Below are positions 24,932 to 28,929 of a stretch of DNA of 28,929 nt, piece by piece; position 1 is the first letter of the stretch; each line of letters starts with the position of its first letter. The notes under the pieces were generated by a model, which was not told where the DNA came from, searched no databases, and saw nothing but the letters and a program-made list of their open reading frames with translations. Source of the DNA: a virus (lineage: Duplodnaviria; Caudoviricetes); IMG/VR virus record IMGVR_UViG_3300025398_000067, positions 1 to 28,929 of that record. One strand, given 5' to 3'. Made by a program: the position numbers and the translations under genes.

Positions 24932-27142
24932 TTATGCCTTGCGATTACGCAAGGAATGCTGTTTGACCTTGAGAGCCAACTTCTTCTTTCGGATGTCAAG
25001 GTCTTGTTCTACTGTGGAACGCATTCCAACACTTGTTGAAGAATACGCTGGCAAAGTGACAACCGAGACCTCAAAGAGTCGCTCGATTTGTGTCAATGTG
25101 CGAAGTCCAGCATCGCGAGTCTGTCCATCGGGTGCGACTGTGAATGCGAATGACATCTTGTCCATATCGCCTCGACGAAGTGCCGAGGAAAGTTCCTGAG
25201 CCTTTGGATTTGCAGGGTCAAGTTCTGCCTCAATGTAGAGACCTGTCTTGTCTTGACGAAGTTGCAAGGTTCCTGACTGGCTTGAAGCAAGTGGGATTCC
25301 TTCCATGTCGTGATTGACAAGGAGGAAGACTGGATCGCCAGAAGATAGGGCGCGAGTGAAAGCACCGGGAGCGATGACTTCACGGAAATTCAAGCCATCT
25401 GCTTCCTTGTTGAAGGTTGCAGCGTAGCCAGCAATCCGAAGCGATCCATCGGTTGTATCAACCGCACGAACCTCGGCACTCATTGTGATGCGTTCTGCTG
25501 TTGCCATTGCCTTGCGCTGTTCCATCATTTCGACATCCTCTGCTCTTGGGGCTGGAAGGGCTTTGATAACTGTCAAGATGTCTGGGCGGTGAACCGACAC
25601 GACATCGGTTGGAACCCATCCATTCCCCTGCTCCTTGTAGATACGGACTGCGAATGCTGGCTGGTCTGGTGTTGTCTCTAGGACATAGCCTTCGGATGAC
25701 TTTGCCTGACCCTTGGTGACTACTTTCTCAACCTTGCCCTTGGCGCGACCATTGCTGGTGTTCCAAGAGACGAAAGTTCCTTCTCCGATACGAGCTGCGG
25801 AAGCGCGACCCTCGAATGGAGCCTTGATGGAGTCATCGTTGAAAGCCTTTGCCATCTTTGCATAGTAGGCAGCAACTTTGGTCTTGATTGCATCCTGCTG
25901 ATCGCTTGGGATTTTTACTCCACCGCGAGCGCCGTTCAAGATTCCTGCAACTGCGAAGATTGCTTTTGGAACTGCCTTCAATTCGCCATCGATGATGTCT
26001 GCGAATTGCAACTTGTATGAGCCGAGAAGTTCCTTGTTGGATTCATCGACATAGAAGAATGCTTTGGCGTACTTTGACCAGTCGATTGAATCTCCACCAG
26101 CCCAAGCCTGAACGCGCTTATCGGCTGCTGCTGCATCCCAAGTTGTGTCGCGGTCTGCGAAAGCGAGGTCATCGGAACCAATGACGGCGCGAATTTCTTC
26201 ATCGGTCATCGCCGAATAGGAAATCATCATTGGCATGATGGCTGCATCGAAGTCATCTGGGACATCATCTGCATCGACACCCTGGTCATCGAGGGCATCT
26301 GGTGAAGGTTGGGTGACTTCCTGACCGAGAGATGCGGTCAATTGCCACTTCCAGAACTGATGCTGGTCAATACGACCTGCGAGGAAGTTGGCAACTCCCT
26401 GCTGATTGTAAGCACTAGCGCAATCGAAAGCATCTGACAATTCATCGAGAATAATGTCGTTCGCTGCGAGAAGGTCATTGGCGAGCGCAATTGGGTCTTG
26501 CAAAGTTGTTGAAGCATCTTCGATTGAGCGAAGTGCTAAGAATGAGCCGAGTGTGAATGGTGCAAGAGAGCCGAGCTTGCGAAGGTTCTCCGCAATTGGA
26601 TCGATTGACTCATAAACATCTTCGTAAATCTTCAGGAATAACTTGTGGTATTCGCTGAAGTCTGCGCCTCGGACATTCCAATGAGCGCCGTGAGCGCGGA
26701 AATAGAATGAGACGACATCGGCAAGCAGTTCGGTCAATTCTTCATTCAAGTCTGGAACCTGATTCATGTCTGGCATTTCACTCTCCTTGGATTCCATCAG
26801 GGAAAGCGCCCTTGCGCTTTTCGTGATTTGATTTCTGATTTTTGTTGCCCACTCGAAACCTGGGTCTCCACCCCAAGCCGACCAAGCGACTCTCCCTGCT
26901 GATGGAAAGCCATCTTCCCCTGAATTGAAACCCTCTGCCTTCTTGTCCACTTCGTGCCTCTTGAAGAATGAAAACATTCTCAAGATTGTTTCTGCACTTA
27001 CTGGGTGTCCAGCAGCCAAGTCGCTTGCTCTTTTTTTGCCCACAGGTGTGAAGCCAGAGCCAGCATCACCATCAGCAATCCAACCCAAAGCCATTTTCGC
27101 TTCATCTTGGACTCCTTTGGGAACGCGATATGTTTCAGCCAT
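24932..27142 (-). CDS. Multidomain HK97-type prohead protease: N-terminal domain + Dps/ferritin-like + helical domain + Tudor-like (DUF2945-like) + S78 protease
   Basis: Protease motifs GYAATFN, EVIAPGAF, NHD, KMSFAF and EVSVVTLPAY in aa ~560-708. Dps signature HWNVRG..F..YH..F...Y......D.IAE in aa ~130-272. Lies between portal and capsid genes. Confidence 0.92.
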   Translation of the reverse strand: MAETYRVPKGVQDEAKMALGWIADGDAGSGFTPVGKKRASDLAAGHPVSAETILRMFSFFKRHEVDKKAEGFNSGEDGFPSAGRVAWSAWGGDPGFEWATKIRNQITKSARALSLMESKESEMPDMNQVPDLNEELTELLADVVSFYFRAHGAHWNVRGADFSEYHKLFLKIYEDVYESIDPIAENLRKLGSLAPFTLGSFLALRSIEDASTTLQDPIALANDLLAANDIILDELSDAFDCASAYNQQGVANFLAGRIDQHQFWKWQLTASLGQEVTQPSPDALDDQGVDADDVPDDFDAAIMPMMISYSAMTDEEIRAVIGSDDLAFADRDTTWDAAAADKRVQAWAGGDSIDWSKYAKAFFYVDESNKELLGSYKLQFADIIDGELKAVPKAIFAVAGILNGARGGVKIPSDQQDAIKTKVAAYYAKMAKAFNDDSIKAPFEGRASAARIGEGTFVSWNTSNGRAKGKVEKVVTKGQAKSSEGYVLETTPDQPAFAVRIYKEQGNGWVPTDVVSVHRPDILTVIKALPAPRAEDVEMMEQRKAMATAERITMSAEVRAVDTTDGSLRIAGYAATFNKEADGLNFREVIAPGAFTRALSSGDPVFLLVNHDMEGIPLASSQSGTLQLRQDKTGLYIEAELDPANPKAQELSSALRRGDMDKMSFAFTVAPDGQTRDAGLRTLTQIERLFEVSVVTLPAYSSTSVGMRSTVEQDLDIRKKKLALKVKQHSLRNRKA

Positions 27143-28371
27143 TACTCAAGAACTCCCATCACAGGTGCGGAAGGGTCGGTATCTTCTCCGAGTGAAGGAT
27201 TCTCTCCGCCAGCAGTTACATTGCCAGCAAGAGCCTGATTGAACTTATCTCCGCCCTCGTAAGGTTCCAATCCTTCAATCTGACGAACTTCATTTGGAGT
27301 GCGAGCGCCCATCGAAACATTTATCATGTTCACGCGAGCGCGAGTGATTGCATCTGTACGAAGTAGGGTTGAAGTATCGAATGCGACATCATCTTCAGGG
27401 TCAAGAATGTTTGAGATTGCAATTTCAATTCGACGAAGCCAAGGGGCAATCGTATGAGTGAGGAAATTGAGGGATGCTTGTTCTACATTCTGATAGGTCT
27501 GATTATCGCCAGAGGCCAGGAGTAGGTGCGACGGAATGCGGAAGATGCGAGCGATGTCGCGAATCAACTGCTCGCGAGACTTGATCATCTCTGCGTCGGC
27601 TGCTGAAGTTGTGATTGGCTTGAAGGTCAGGCCATCAGAGAGAACTGCTGGCTTGCGGTGACGGCGATGGGTTGCCTCCCATGTCGCCTGAATGACGCGA
27701 GCCTGTTCCAAATTCAGCTTTTGCGGAGTCTCAAGAACGCCAGAAGGTGTTCCTCCCTCGCCGTAGAACTGGGCAAGGTGGCGATCCATAGCGATGGAAA
27801 GGCCGATGAGATTGCGAGCCTGATTGAGTGGGGAGATACCCACCAAAGATTGAGGCGGTGTGAACCAGCGAAGGTGAAGAATATCCTCACGGTTCATCTC
27901 GTTGCCGAGGTGCAAATAACGGCGACCGGTCATGTCACCTGTTGGAAGCACCTGCATTTGATAAGGGTGCAAAGGAACAAGACCAATCATGTTGCCCAAG
28001 CGATCGCGGTCGATTTTGACATAAGCATTTCCATGCAAAGCCATCGAAGCGACAATCTGGTGAATCAATTCGTAAGTGTTTGATTCTGGGTCAGGGTCGG
28101 CAAGTACATCAGGCAAAGGTCGCATGACTCGCTTGCCATCATTGCCAATGGTGTAGCAGCGAAGTGGCATGGAAGCAACAGAGTCAGCAAGAAGTGAGAC
28201 AGCGCCGAGAACGGATGAGACACCGAGAGCAGTCCATTCATCAATTCGCTCACCAGCAGCCGAGGTCATAGATGTTTGACCATAAAGCTGACTCAATGGG
28301 GAAACATAGTTATTGAATTGAGGGTATCGGCCTACTGTGAAGGATTGGATGCCACGCGAGAAGATGCTCAT
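27142..28371 (-). CDS. Portal protein, HK97 family
   Basis: LHGNAYV, ILHLR, GISPL, IARIFRIP, NVEQ, TPNEVRQIEGL. Confidence 0.96.
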   Translation of the reverse strand: MSIFSRGIQSFTVGRYPQFNNYVSPLSQLYGQTSMTSAAGERIDEWTALGVSSVLGAVSLLADSVASMPLRCYTIGNDGKRVMRPLPDVLADPDPESNTYELIHQIVASMALHGNAYVKIDRDRLGNMIGLVPLHPYQMQVLPTGDMTGRRYLHLGNEMNREDILHLRWFTPPQSLVGISPLNQARNLIGLSIAMDRHLAQFYGEGGTPSGVLETPQKLNLEQARVIQATWEATHRRHRKPAVLSDGLTFKPITTSAADAEMIKSREQLIRDIARIFRIPSHLLLASGDNQTYQNVEQASLNFLTHTIAPWLRRIEIAISNILDPEDDVAFDTSTLLRTDAITRARVNMINVSMGARTPNEVRQIEGLEPYEGGDKFNQALAGNVTAGGENPSLGEDTDPSAPVMGVLE

Positions 28372-28532
28372 TCATTTCCTCCAAAACCAGCGAAGTCTGC
28401 TAATACTGAACCAACGATTGCCAAGATTCCTCCTGCGATGAGTGCTGCGCCAAGTCCAAGGATGATTCCGACACCTGTTGCGATTGATAAAGCACCAACA
28501 ACTTCAACTGCGGTGCTGATTTTTTCACGCAT
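28368..28532 (-). CDS. Small two-TM protein between terminase and portal (54 aa)
   Basis: MREKIST... behind GGAGG; overlaps the TerL stop and the portal start. Confidence 0.75.
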   Translation of the reverse strand: MREKISTAVEVVGALSIATGVGIILGLGAALIAGGILAIVGSVLADFAGFGGNE

Positions 28533-28929
28533 TTGGAACCTCCATTGTGAACGGATCGAATACTTGTGGCAATGAACCACCTTGAGATTGCCACCATGCA
28601 GCTCTTTCGAGCGCCATGACGGATGAGACTGCAAGGTCAATCCTACGCTTTGAGCCTTTCGCTTCTTTGGAAAGTCTCGAACCGCGATTGTCGGTGCGAA
28701 GTTGAGCGTTGCCGATATGTCGTGCAAGTTGAGCGTCACCATTTTGGGTGATTGTCTTATTCATGACCGACTCGAAGAATCGTGTTGTCGCCGGGGTCAT
28801 TCGGCTAGCGGTCTGCGGGAAGGTGACAACAGGCAAGCCTTCATCTTCAAGCACCTGGAATGTTCTTGCCCATCGGTATGGATCGCAAGCAATTTCAAGA
28901 ACTTGCCATCTGGTCGCTGCCTTGCGAAT
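28525..28929 (-). CDS. terL: Terminase large subunit, C-terminal nuclease part (5' truncated by window edge)
   Basis: Frame open to the window end; IACDPYRW, FPQ...M.PAT, HIGNA, RIDLAVSSVMA motifs. Confidence 0.92.
   Translation of the reverse strand: MRKAATRWQVLEIACDPYRWARTFQVLEDEGLPVVTFPQTASRMTPATTRFFESVMNKTITQNGDAQLARHIGNAQLRTDNRGSRLSKEAKGSKRRIDLAVSSVMALERAAWWQSQGGSLPQVFDPFTMEVPNA

Noticed and set aside
23526-27142. Cellular encapsulin operon with ferritin-like cargo
   Set aside because: Terminase, portal, tail and lysis genes show this is a genuine tailed-phage head module; only the functional analogy is kept.
295-28575. All plus-strand ORFs in the track (e.g. 6990..7691, 1468..1998, 12381..12857)
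   Set aside because: They are antisense shadows of well-supported, tightly coupled minus-strand genes and show no recognisable motifs.
1-28929. Prophage / temperate lifestyle
   Set aside because: No integrase, repressor, divergent transcription unit or host flanking genes in the window; the unseen remainder cannot be excluded.

Overview
This window is most of a small tailed-phage (siphovirus-type) genome, with every credible gene on the minus strand. WhiB, an FmdB-type Zn ribbon, an Rpf-like lytic transglycosylase and a CHAP lysin point to an actinobacterial host, possibly a freshwater lineage (inference). Reading right to left: 3' part of terminase large subunit, HK97-type portal, a 736-aa multidomain prohead protease, major capsid protein, a glycosyltransferase, and head-tail/tail genes with a -1 frameshifted tail chaperone. 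Next come a lysis cassette and an accessory block (PD-(D/E)xK nuclease, DUF6378-like protein, GroES, glycosyltransferase, NDP-sugar epimerase). After a terminator/promoter junction lies the early/replication arm: resolvase, WhiB, transglycosylase, Cas4-like exonuclease, SSB-like protein, DNA methyltransferase, prim-pol/helicase and a repeat-rich putative origin. No integrase or repressor is seen. The most striking feature is the prohead protease. It looks like a polyprotein carrying a complete Dps/mini-ferritin domain and three other passenger domains, separated by E-x-R|A motifs resembling the predicted capsid maturation site, which suggests self-processed cargo loading into the virion. Other notable items are a candidate virion glycosylation system, a 57-nt tRNA/tmRNA-like element and three G-quadruplex-type motifs in the putative origin. 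All family assignments come from motif recognition by eye, not database searches.
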